Part shown: piece by piece, positions 51,001 through 62,760 of the stretch | Layout: each line of letters opens with the position of its first letter | Position numbering within the stretch: the stretch's first letter is position 1 | Assembly: GCA_964016885.1 (NCBI GenBank) | Contig: OZ024743.1 | Location: 132,494,001-132,558,000 of the forward strand | Reading direction: 5' to 3' | From: Eledone cirrhosa | Lineage: Eukaryota | Length of the DNA: 64,000 nucleotides | The notes under the pieces: generated by a model | Database searches by the model: none | What the model saw: the letters and a program-made list of their open reading frames with translations, nothing else | What the model was told of the DNA's origin: nothing | Program-made: the position numbers and the translations under genes

Positions 51001-54000
51001 GTTTGGTGTTTGGTGTTTGGTGTTTGGTGTTTGGTGCTTGGTGCTTGGTGTTTGTTGCTTGGTACTTGGTGCATGGTGTTTGGTGCTGGGTGCTTGGTGT
51101 TTGGTGCTTGGTGTTTGGTGCTTGGTGCTTGGTGTTTGGTGTTTGGTGTTTGATGCTTGGTGTTTTATGCTTGGTGCTTGGTGTTTGGTGCTTGGTGTTT
51201 GTACTTGGTGCTTGGTGCTTGGTGTTTTGTGCTTGGTTCTTGGTGTTTGGTGTTTGGTGCTTGGTACTTGGTGCTTGGTGTTAGGTGTTTGGTGCTTGGT
51301 GCTTGGTGTTTGGTGTTCGGTCCTTGGTGCTTGGTGCTTGGTGTTTAGTGCTTGGTGCTTGGTGTTTGTTGTTTGGTGCTTTCTGTTTGCTGCTTGGTGT
51401 TTGCTGCTTGGTGCTTGGTGCTTGGTGTTTGGTGTTTGGTGCTAGGTGCTTGGTGTTTGGTGTTTGGTGTTTGATGCTTGGTGTTTGGTGCTTGGTGTTT
51501 GGTGCTTGGTGCTTGGGGCTTGGTGTTTGGTGCTTGGTGCTTGGTGCTTGGTGTTTGGTGCTTGGTGCTTGGTGTTTGGTGTTTGGTGTTTGGTGCTTGG
51601 TGCTTGGTGTTTGGTGCTTGGTGCTTGGTGCTGGGTGGTTGGTATTTGGTGATTGGTGCTTGGTGCTTGGTGTTTGGTGCTTGGTGCTTGGTGCTTGGTC
51701 TTTGGTGCTTGGTGTTTGGTGTTTGGTGCTTGGTGCTTTGTGTTTGGTGCTTGGTGATTAGTGTTTGGTGCTTGGTACTTGGTGTTTGGTGCTTGGTGTT
51801 TGGTGTTTGCTGTTTGGTGTTTGGTGTTTGGTGTTTGCTGTTTGGTGTCTGCTTTTTGGTGTTTGGTGTTTGCTGTATGGTGTTTGCTGTTTCGTGTTTG
51901 GTGTTTGCTGTTTGGTGTTTGGTGTTTGCTGTTTGGTGTTTGGTCTTTGGTGCTTGGTGTTTGGTGCTTGGTGCTTGGTGTTTGGTGTTTGGTGCTTGGT
52001 GCTTGGTGCTTGGTGTTTGGTGCTTGGTGTCTGGTGCTTGGTGTCTGGTGCTTGGTGTTTGGTGTTTGGTGTTTGGTGCTTGGTGTTTGGTGTTTGGTGT
52101 TTGGTGTTTGGTGCTTGTTGCTTGGTGCTTGGTGCTTGGTGTTTGGTGCTTGGTGCTTGGTGTTTGGTGCTGGGTGCTTGGTGTTTGGTGCTTGGTGCTT
52201 GGTGCTTGGTGTTTGGTGTTTGGTGTTATATGCTTGGTGTTTGATGCTTGGTGCTTGGTGCTTGTTGTTTGGCGTTTGGTGCTTGGTGTTTTATGCTTGG
52301 TGTTTGATGTTTGGTGCTTGGTGCTTGGTGTTTGGTGCTTGGTGCTTGGTGTTTGTACTTGGTGCTTGGTGCTTGGTTCTTGGTGTTTGGTGCTTGGTGC
52401 TTGGTGCTTGGTGCTTGGTGTTTGGTGCTTGGTGTTTGGTGCTTGGTGTTTGGTGCTTGGTGTTTGGTGCTTGGTGCCTGGTGCTTGGTGCTTGGTGCTT
52501 GGTGTTTGGTGCTTGGTGTTTGCTGCTTGGTATTAGGTGTTTGGTGCTTGGTGCTTGGTGTTTGGTGTTTGGTGCTTGGTGTTTGGTGCTTGGTGTTTGG
52601 TGTTTGGTGCTTGGTGTTTGGTGCTTGGTACTTGGTGCTTGGTGCTTGGTGTTTTGGTGTTTGGTGCTTGGTGCTTGGTGTTTGGTTTTTGGTGCTTCGT
52701 GCTTGGTGTTTGGTGTTTGGTGCTTGCTGCTGGCTGCTTGGTGTTTGGTGCTTGGTGATTGGTGCTTGGTGTTTGGTGCTTGGTGTTTGGTGTTTGGTAC
52801 TAGGTGCTTGGTGCTTGGTGTTTGGTGCTTGGTGCTTGGTGTTTGGTGCTTGGTGCTGGGTTCTGGGTGGTTGGTGTTTGGTGCTTGGTGTTTGGTGCTG
52901 GGTGCTTGGTGTTTGGTGCTTGGTGCTTGGTCTTTGGTGTTTGGTGTTTGGTGTTTGGGGCTTGGTGCTTGGTGCTTGGTGTTTGGTGCTTGGTGCTTGG
53001 TGTTTGGTGCTTGGTGCTTAGTGTTTGGTGCTAGGTGCTTGGGGTTTGGTGTTTGGTGCTTGGTGCTTGGTGTTTGGTGTTTGGTGCTTGGTGCTTGGTG
53101 TTTGGTGTTTCCTGTTTGCTGTTTGGTGTTTGGTGTTTGGTGTTTGCTGTTTGGTGTCTGCTTTTTGGTGTTTGGTGTTTGCTGTATGTTATTTGCTGTT
53201 TGGTGTTTGGTGTTTGGTGTTTGGTGCTTGGTGCTTGGTGTTTGGTGCCTGGTGCTTGGGGCTTGGTGTTTGGTGTTTGGTGCTTGGTGCTTGGAGTTTG
53301 GTGTTTGGTGCTTGGTGCTTGGTGTTTTGTGTTTGGTGTTTGGTTTTTGGTGCTTGGTGCTTGGTGCTTGGTGCTTGGTCCTTGGTGTTTGGTGCTTGGT
53401 GCTTGGTGTTTGTACTTGGTGCTTGGTGCTTGGTGTTTGGTTCTTGGTTCCTGGTGTTTGGTACTTGGTGCTTGGTGCTTGGTGTTTGGTGCTTGGTGCT
53501 TGGTGTTTGGTGTTTGGTGTTTGGTGCTTGGTGCTTGGTGTTTGGTGCTTGGTGCTTGGTGCTGGGTGGTTGGTATTTGGTGCTTGGTGCTTGGTGTTTG
53601 GTGCTTGGTGCTTGGTGCTTGGTGTTTGGTGCTTGGTGCTTGGTGCTTGGTCTTTGGTGCTTGGTGTTTGGTGTTTGGTGCTTGGTGCTTTGTGTTTGGT
53701 GCTTGGTGATTAGTGTTTGGTGCTTGGTACTTGGTGTTTGGTGCTTGGTGTTTGGTGTTTGCTGTTTGGTGTTTGGTGTTTGGTGTTTGCTGTTTGGTGT
53801 CTGCTTTTTGGTGTTTGGTGTTTGCTGTATGGTGTTTGCTGTTTCGTGTTTGGTGTTTGCTGTTTGGTGTTTGGTGTTTGCTGTTTGGTGTTTGGTCTTT
53901 GGTGCTTGGTGATTGGTGCTTGGTACTTGGTGTTTGGTGTTTGGTGCTTGGTGTTTGGTGTTTGGTGCTTCGTGCTTGGTGCTTGGTGTTTGGTGCTTGG

Positions 54001-55441
54001 TGTCTGGTGCTTGGTGTCTGGTGCTTGGTGTTTGGTGTTTGGTGTTTGGTGCTTGGTGTTTGGTGTTTGGTACTTGTTGCTTGGTGCTTGGTGCTTGGTG
54101 TTTGGTGCTTGGTGCTTGGTGTTTGGTGCTGGGTGCTTGGTGTTTGGTGTTTGGTGCTTGGTGCTTGGTGTTTGGTGTTTGGTGTTATATGCTTGGTGTT
54201 TGGTGCTTGGTGCTTGGTGTTTGGTGTTTGGTTCTTGATGCTTGGTATTTGGTGCTTGGTGCTTGCTGCTTGGTGTTTGGTGCTTGGTGATTGATGCTTG
54301 GTGTTTGGTGCTTGGTGCTTGGTGTTTGGTGCTTGGTGTTTGGTGTTTGGTGCTTGGTGCTTGGTGTTTGGTGTTTGGTGTTTGGTGCTTGGTGCTTGGT
54401 GTTTGGTGCTTGGTGCTGGGTGGTTGGTGTTTGGTGCTTGGTGCTTGGTGTTCCGTGCTAGGTGCATGGTGCTTGGTGTTTGGTGCTTGGTGCTTGGTGC
54501 TTGGTCTTTGGTGTTTGGTGTTTAGTGCTTGGGGCTTGGTGCTTGGTGTTTGGTGCTTGGTGCTTGGTCCTTGGTGTTTGGTGCTTGGTGCTTGGTGTTT
54601 GGTGTTTGGTGCTTGGTGCTTGGTGCTTCGTGTTTGGTGTTTGGTGCTTGGTGTCTGGAGCTTGGTGTTTGGTGTTTGGTGCTTGGTGTTTGGTGTTTGG
54701 TGCTTGGTGCTTGGTGTTTGGTGCTTGGTGCTTGGTGCTTGGTGTTTGTACTTGGTGCTTGGTGCTTGGTGTTTGGTGCTTGGTTCTTGGTGTTTGGTGC
54801 TTGGTGTTTGGAGCTTGGTGCTTGGTGTTTGGTGCTTGGTGCTTGGTGTTTGTACTTGGTGCTTGGTGCTTGGTGTTTGGTGCTTGGTACTTGGTGTTTG
54901 GTGCTTGGTGTTTGGAGCTTGGTGCTTGGTGTTTGGTGCTTGGTGCTTGGTGTTTGGTGTTTGGTGCTTGGAGCTTGTTGTTTGGTGTTTGGTGCTTGGT
55001 GTTTGGTTTTTGGTGTTTGGTGCTTGGTGTTTGGTGCTTGGTGCTTGGTGTTTGGTGTTTGGTGTTTGATGCTTGGTGTTTTATGCTTGGTGCTTGGTGT
55101 TTGGTGCTTGGTGTTTGTATTTGGTGCTTGGTGCTTGGTGTTTTGATCTTGGTTCTTGGTGTTTGGTGTTTGGTGCTTGGTACTTGGTGCTTGGTGTTTG
55201 GTGCTTGGTGCTTGGTGTTTCGTATTTGGTGCCTGGTGCTTGGTGTTTGGTGTTTGGTGCTTGGTGTTTGGTGTTTGGTGCTTGGTGCTTGGTGTTTGTT
55301 GCTTGGTACTTGGTGCATGGTGTTTGGTGCTGGGTGCTTGGTGTTTGGTGCTTGGTGTTTGGTGCTTGGTGCTTGGTGTTTGGTGTTTGGTGTTTGATGC
55401 TTGGTGTTTTATGCTTGGTGCTTGGTGTTTGGTGCTTGGTG
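45038..55441 (+). repeat. 5187-bp near-perfect tandem duplication
   Basis: Constant offset 5187 for ORFs 45142/50329, 46574/51761, 47844/53031 and 49886/55073. I noticed only isolated substitutions (49346 T vs 54533 G; 50034 G vs 55221 C). Confidence 0.92.
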
Positions 55442-58400
55442 TTTGTACTTGGTGCTTGGTGCTTGGTGTTTTGTGCTTGGTTCTTGGGGTTTGGTGTTTG
55501 GTGCTTGGTACTTGGTGCTTGGTGTTTGGTGTTTGGTCCTTGGTGCTTGGTGCTTGGTGTTTAGTGCTTGGTGCTTGGTGTTTGTTGTTTGGTGCTTTCT
55601 GTTTGCTGCTTGGTGTTTGCTGCTTGGTGCTTGGTGCTTGGTGTTTGGTGTTTGGTGCTAGGTGCTTGGTGTTTGGTGTCTGGTGTTTGATGCTTGGTGT
55701 TTGGTGCTTGGTGTTTGGTGCTTGGTGCTTGGGGCTTGGTGTTTGGTGCTTGGTGCTTGGTGCTTGGTGTTTGGTGCTTGGTGCTTGGTGTTTGGTGTTT
55801 GGTGTTTGGTGCTTGGTGCTTGGTGTTTGGTGCTTGGTGCTTGGTGCTGGGTGGTTGGTATTTGGTGCTTGGTGCTTGGTGTTTGGTGCTTGGTGCTTGG
55901 TGCTTGGTGTTTGGTGCTTGGTGCTTGGTGCTTGGTCTTTGGTGCTTGGTGTTTGGTGTTTGGTGCTTGGTGCTTTGTGTTTGGTGCTTGGTGATTAGTG
56001 TTTGGTGCTTGGTACTTGGTGGTTGGTGCTTGGTGTTTGGTGTTTGCTGTTTGGTGTTTGGTGTTTGGTGTTTGCTGTTTGGTGTCTGCTTTATGGTGTT
56101 TGGTGTTTGCTGTATGGTGTTTGCTGTTTCGTGTTTGGTGTTTGATGTTTGGTGTTTGGTGTTTGCTGTTTGGTGTTTGGTCTTTGGTGCTTGGTGTTTG
56201 GTGCTTGGTGCTTGGTGTTTGGTGTTTGGTGCTTGGTGTTTGGTGTTTGGTGCTTGGTGCTTGGTGCTTGGTGTTTGGTGCTTGGTGTCTGGTGCTTGGT
56301 GTCTGGTGCTTGGTGTTTGGTGTTTGGTGTTTGGTGCTTGGTGTTTGGTGTTTGGTGTTTGGTGTTTGGTGCTTGTTGCTTGGTGCTTGGTGCTTGGTGT
56401 TTGGTGCTTGGTGCTTGGTGTTTGGTGCTGGGTGCTTGGTGTTTGGTGCTTGGTGCTTGGTGTTTGGTGTTTGGTGCTTGGTGCTTGGTGTTTGGTGTTT
56501 GGTGTTATATGCTTGGTGTTTGGTGCTTGGTGCTTGGTGTTTGGTGTTTGGTTCTTGATGCTTGGTATTTGGTGCTTGGTGCTTGCTGCTTGGTGTTTGG
56601 TGCTTGGTGATTGATGCTTGGTGTTTGGTGCTTGGTGCTTGGTGTTTGGTTTTTGGTGCTAGGTGCTTGGTGCTTGGTGTTTGGTGCTTGGTGTTTGGTG
56701 TTTGGTGCTTGGTGCTTGGTGTTTGGTACTTGGTGCTTGGTGCTTGGTGTTTGGTGCTTGGTTCTTGGTGTTTGGTGTTTGGTGTTTGGTGCTTGGTGCT
56801 TGGTGTTTGGTGCTTGGTGCTTGGTGCTGGGTGGTTGGTGTTTGGTGCTTGGTGCTTGGTGTTTCGTGCTAGGTGCATGGTGCTTGGTGTTTGGTGCTTG
56901 GTGCTTGGTGCTTGGTCTTTGGTGTTTGGTGTTTAGTGCTTGGTGCTTGGTGCTTGGTGCTTGGTGCTTGGTCCTTGGTGTTTGGTGCTTGGTGCTTGGT
57001 GTTTGGTGTTTGGTGCTTGGTGCTTGGTGCTTCGTGTTTGCTGTTTGGTGCTTGGTGTCTGGAGCTTGGTGTTTGGTGTTTGGTGCTTGGTGCTTGGTGT
57101 TTGGTGTTTGGTGTTATATGCTTGGTGTTTGGTGCTTGGTGCTTGGTGTTTGGTGTTTGGTTCTTGATGCTTGGTATTTGGTGCTTGGTGCTTGCTGCTT
57201 GGTGTTTGGTGCTTGGTGATTGATGCTTGGTGTTTGGTGCTTGGTGCTTGGTGTTTGGTGCTTGGTGTTTGGTGTTTGGTGCTTGGTGCTTGGTTTTTGG
57301 TACTTGGTGCTTGGTGCTTGGTGTTTGGTGCTTGGTGTTTGGTGCTTGGTGCTTGGTGTTTGGTGCTTGGTGCTGGGTGGTTGGTGTTTGGTGCTTGGTG
57401 CTTGGTGTTCCGTGCTAGGTGCATGGTGCTTGGTGTTTGGTGCTTGGTGCTTGGTGCTTGGTCTTTGGTGTTTGGTGTTTAGTGCTTGGTGCTTGGTGCT
57501 TGGTGTTTGGTGCTTGGTGCTTGGTCCTTGGTGTTTGGTGCTTGGTGCTTGGTGTTTGGTGTTTGGTGCTTGGTGCTTGGTGCTTCGTGTTTGGTGTTTG
57601 GTGCTTGGTGTCTGGAGCTTGGTGTTTGGTGTTTGGTGCTTGGTGTTTGGTGTTTGGTGCTTGGTGCTTGGTGTTTGGTGCTTGGTGCTTGGTGCTTGGT
57701 GTTTGTACTTGGTGCTTGGTGCTTGGTGTTTGGTGCTTGGTTCTTGGTGTTTGGTGCTTGGTGTTTGGAGCTTGGTGCTTGGTGTTTGGTGCTTGGTGCT
57801 TGGTGTTTGTACTTGGTGCTTGGTGCTTGGTGTTTGGTGCTTGGTACTTGGTGTTTGGTGCTTGGTGTTTGGAGCTTGGTGCTTGGTGTTTGGTGCTTGG
57901 TGCTTGGTGTTTGGTGTTTGGTGCTTGGAGCTTGGTGTTTGGTGTTTGGTGCTTGGTGTTTGGTTTTTGGTGTTTGGTGCTTGGTGTTTGGTGCTTGGTG
58001 CTTGGTGTTTGGTGTTTGGTGTTTGATGCTTGGTGTTTTATGCTTGGTGCTTGGTGTTTGGTGCTTGGTGTTTGTATTTGGTGCTTGGTGCTTGGTGTTT
58101 TGATCTTGGTTCTTGGTGTTTGGTGTTTGGTGCTTGGTACTTGGTGCTTGGTGTTTGGTGCTTGGTGCTTGGTGTTTGGTGTTTGGTGCCTGGTGCTTGG
58201 TGTTTGGTGTTTGGTGCTTGGTGTTTGGTGTTTGGTGCTTGGTGCTTGGTGTTTGTTGCTTGGTACTTGGTGCATGGTGTTTGGTGCTGGGTGCTTGGTG
58301 TTTGGTGCTTGGTGTTTGGTGCTTGGTGCTTGGTGTTTGGTGTTTGGTGTTTGATGCTTGGTGTTTTATGCTTGGTGCTTGGTGTTTGGTGCTTGGTGTT

Positions 58401-59960
58401 TGTACTTGGTGCTTGGTGCTTGGTGTTTTGTGCTTGGTTCTTGGTGTTTGGTGTTTGGTGCTTGGTACTTGGTGCTTGGTGTTTGGTGTTTGGTCCTTGG
58501 TGCTTGGTGCTTGGTGTTTAGTGCTTGGTGCTTGGTGTTTGTTGTTTGGTGCTTTCTGTTTGCTGCTTGGTGTTTGCTGCTTGGTGCTTGGTGCTTGGTG
58601 TTTGGTGTTTGGTGCTAGGTGCTTGCTGTTTGGTGTTTGGTGTTTGATGCTTGGTGTTTGGTGCTTGGTGTTTGGTGCTTGGTGCTTGGGGCTTGGTGTT
58701 TGGTGCTTGGTGCTTGGTGCTTGGTGTTTGGTGCTTGGTGCTTGGTGTTTGGTGTTTGGTGTTTGGTGCTTGGTGCTTGGTGTTTGGTGCTTGGTGCTTG
58801 GTGCTGGGTGGTTGGTATTTGGTGCTTGGTGCTTGGTGTTTGGTGCTTGGTGCTTGGTGCTTGGTGTTTGGTGCTTGGTGCTTGGTGCTTGGTCTTTGGT
58901 GCTTGGTGTTTGGTGTTTGGTGTTTGGTGTTTGCTGTTTGGTGTCTGCTTTATGGTGTTTGGTGTTTCGTGTTTGGTGTTTGATGTTTGGTGTTTGGTGT
59001 TTGCTGTTTGGTGTTTGGTCTTTGGTGCTTGGTGTTTGGTGCTTGGTGCTTGGTGTTTGGTGTTTGGTGCTTGGTGTTTGGTGTTTGGTGCTTGGTGCTT
59101 GGTGCTTGGTGTTTGGTGCTTGGTGTCTGGTGCTTGGTGTCTGGTGCTTGGTGTTTGGTGTTTGGTGTTTGGTGCTTGGTGTTTGGTGTTTGGTGTTTGG
59201 TGTTTGGTGCTTGTTGCTTGGTGCTTGGTGCTTGGTGTTTGGTGCTTGGTGCTTGGTGTTTGGTGCTGGGTGCTTGGTGTTTGGTGCTTGGTGCTTGGTG
59301 TTTGGTGTTTGGTGCTTGGTGCTTGGTGTTTGGTGTTTGGTGTTATATGCTTGGTGTTTGGTGCTTGGTGCTTGGTGTTTGGTGTTTGGTTCTTGATGCT
59401 TGGTATTTGGTGCTTGGTGCTTGCTGCTTGGTGTTTGGTGCTTGGTGATTGATGCTTGGTGTTTGGTGCTTGGTGCTTGGTGTTTGGTTTTTGGTGCTAG
59501 GTGCTTGGTGCTTGGGGTTTGGTGCTTGGTGTTTGGTGTTTGGTGCTTGGTGCTTGGTGTTTGGTGCTTGGTGCTTGGTGTTTGGTGTTTGGTGTTTGGT
59601 GCTTGGTGCTTGGTGTTTGGTGCTTGGTGCTTGGTGCTGGGTGGTTGGTGTTTGGTGCTTGGTGCTTGGTGTTTCATGCTAGGTGCATGGTGCTTGGTGT
59701 TTGGTGCTTGGTGCTTGGTGCTTGGTCTTTGGTGTTTGGTGTTTAGTGCTTGGTGCTTGGTGCTTGGTGCTTGGTGCTTGGTCCTTGGTGTTTGGTGCTT
59801 GGTGCTTGGTGTTTGGTGTTTGGTGCTTGGTGCTTGTTGCTTCGTGTTTGCTGTTTGGTGCTTGGTGTCTGGAGCTTGGTGTTTGGTGTTTGGTGCTTGG
59901 TGTTTGGTGTTTGGTGCTTGGTGCTTGGTGTTTGGTGCTTGGTGCTTGGTGTTTGTACTT
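54150..59960 (+). repeat. ~2.8-2.95 kb tandem duplication (offsets 2929/2957/2838/2810)
   Basis: ORFs 54242/57171, 54458/57415, 55401/58358, 56149/58987 and 56873/59683. The private variant CTGCTTTATGG occurs at ~56086 and ~58945. Confidence 0.82.
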
Positions 59961-62174
59961 GGTGCTTGGTGCTTGGTGTTTGGTGATTGGTTCTTGGTGT
60001 TTGGTGCTTGGTGTTTGGAGCTTGGTGCTTGGTGTTTGGTGCTTGGTGCTTGGTGTTTGGTGTTTGGTGTTTGGTGCTTGGTGTTTGGTGTTTGGTACTT
60101 GGTGCATGGTGTTTGGTGCTGGGTGCTTGGTGTTTGGTCCTTGGTGTTTGGTGCTTGGTGATTGGTGTTTGGTGTTTGTTGTTTGATGCTTGGTGTTTTA
60201 TGCTTGGTGCTTGGTGTTTGGTGCTTGGTGTTTGTACTTGGGTCTTGGTGCTTGGTGTTTTGTGCTTGGTTCTTGGTGTTTGGTGTTTGGTGCTTGGTAC
60301 TTGGTGCGTGGTGTTAGGTGTTTGGTGCTTGGTGCTTGGTGTTTGGTGTTTGGTCCTTGGTGCTTGGTGCTTGGTGTTTAGTGCTTGGTGCTTGGTGTTT
60401 GTTGTTTGGTGCTTTCTGTTTGCTGCTTGGTGTTTGCTGCTTGGTGCTTGGTGCTTGGTGTTTGGTGTTTGGTGCTAGGTGCTTGGTGTTTGGTGTTTGG
60501 TGTTATATGCTTGGTGTTTGATGCTTGGTGCTTGGTGCTTGGTGTTTGGTGTTTGGTGCTTGGTGTTTTATGCTTGGTGTTTGATGTTTGGTGCTTGGTG
60601 CTTGGTGTTTGGTGCTTGGTGCTTGGTGTTTGTACTTGGTGCTTGGTGCTTGGTTCTTGGTGTTTGGTGCTAGGTGCTTGGTGCTTGGTGCTTGGTGTTT
60701 GGTGCTTGGTGTTTGGTGCTTCGTGTTTGGTGCTTGGTGCCTGGTGCTTGGTGCTTGGTGCTTGGTGTTTGGTGCTTGGTGTTTGCTGCTTGGTATTAGG
60801 TGTTTGGTGCTTGGTGCTTGGTGTTTGGTGTTTGGTGCTTGGTGTTTGGTGCTTGGTGTTTGGTGTTTGGTGCTTGGTGTTTGGTGCTTGGTACTTGGTG
60901 CTTGGTGCTTGGTGTTAGGTGTTTGGTGCTTGGTGCTTGGTGTTTGGTTTTTGGTGCTTGGTGCTTGGTGTTTGGTGTTTGGTGCTTGCTGCTGGCTGCT
61001 TGGTGTTTGGTGCTTGGTGATTGGTGCTTGGTGTTTGGTGCTTGGTGTTTGGTGTTTGGTACTAGGTGCTTGGTGCTTGGTGTTTGGTGCTTGGTGCTTG
61101 GTGTTTGGTGCTTGGTGCTTAGTGTTTGGTGCTAGGTGCTTGGGGTTTGGTGTTTGGTGCTTGGTGCTTGGTGTTTGGTGCTTGGTGCTTGGTGTTTGGT
61201 GTTTGGTGCTTGGTGCTTGGTGTTTGGTGTTTCCTGTTTGCTGTTTGGTGTTTGGTGTTTGGTGTTTGCTGTTTGGTGTCTGCTTTTTGGTGTTTGGTGT
61301 TTGCTGTATGTTATTTGCTGTTTGGTGTTTGGTGTTTGGTGCTTGGTGCTTGGTGTTTGGTGCTTGGTGCTTGGTGTTTGGTGCCTGGTGCTTGGGGCTT
61401 GGTGTTTGGTGTTTGGTGCTTGGTGCTTGGAGTTTGGTGTTTGGTGCTTGGTGCTTGGTGTTTTGTGTTTGGTGTTTGGTTTTTGGTGCTTGGTGCTTGG
61501 TGCTTGGTGCTTGGTCCTTGGTGTTTGGTGCTTGGTGCTTGGTGTTTGTACTTGGTGCTTGGTGCTTGGTGTTTGGTTCTTGGTTCTTGGTGTTTGGTAC
61601 TTGGTGCTTGGTGCTTGGTGTTTGGTGCTTGGTGCTTGGTGTTTGGTGTTTGGTGTTTGGTGCTTGGTGCTTGGTGTTTGGTGCTTGGTGCTTGGTGCTG
61701 GGGGGTTGGTATTTGGTGCTTGGTGCTTGGTGTTTGGTGCTTGGTGCTTGGTGCTTGGTGTTTGGTGCTTGGTGCTTGGTGCTTGGTCTTTGGTGCTTGG
61801 TGTTTGGTGTTTGGTGCTTGGTGCTTTGTGTTTGGTGCTTGGTGATTAGTGTTTGGTGCTTGGTACTTGGTGTTTGGTGCTTGGTGTTTGGTGTTTGCTG
61901 TTTGGTGTTTGGTGTTTGGTGTTTGCTGTTTGGTGTCTGCTTTTTGGTGTTTGGTGTTTGCGGTATGGTGTTTGCTGTTTCGTGTTTGGTGTTTGCTGTT
62001 TGGTGTTTGGTGTTTGCTGTTTGGTGTTTGGTCTTTGGTGCTTGGTGTTTGGTGCTTGGTGCTTGGTGTTTGGTGTTTGGTGCTTGGTGTTTGGTGTTTG
62101 GTGCTTGGTGCTTGGTGCTTGGTGTTTGGTGCTTGGTGTCTGGTGCTTGGTGTCTGGTGCTTGGTGTTTGGTGC

Positions 62175-62760
62175 TTGGTGTTTGGTGCTTGGTGTTTGGT
62201 GTTTGGTGCTTGTTGCTTGGTGCTTGGAGCTTGGTGTTTGGTGCTTGGTGCTTGGTGTTTGGTGCTGGGTGCTTGGTGTTTGGTGCTTGGTGCTTGGTGT
62301 TTGGTGTTTGGTGCTTGGTGCTTGGTGTTTGGTGTTTGGTGTTATATGCTTGGTGTTTGGTGCTTGGTGCTTGGTGTTTGGTGTTTGGTTCTTGATGCTT
62401 GGTATTTGGTGCTTGGTGCTTGCTGCTTGGTGTTTGGTGCTTGGTGATTGATGCTTGGTGTTTGGTGCTTGGTGCTTGGTGTTTGGTGTTTGGTGCTTGT
62501 TGCTTGGTGCTTGGTGCTTGGTGTTTGGTGCTTGGTGCTTGGTGTTTGGTGCTGGGTGCTTGGTGTTTGGTGCTTGGTGCTTGGTGTTTGGTGTTTGGTG
62601 CTTGGTGCTTGGTGTTTGGTGTTTGGTGTTATATGCTTGGTGTTTGGTGCTTGGTGCTTGGTGTTTGGTGTTTGGTTCTTGATGCTTGGTATTTGGTGCT
62701 TGGTGCTTGCTGCTTGGTGTTTGGTGCTTGGTGATTGATGCTTGGTGTTTGGTGCTTGGT
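62175..62760 (+). repeat. 287-bp (41-heptamer) tandem duplication
   Basis: ORFs 62399/62686 and 62448/62735. The GTTATATGC and TTCTTGATGC markers are repeated. Confidence 0.82.
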
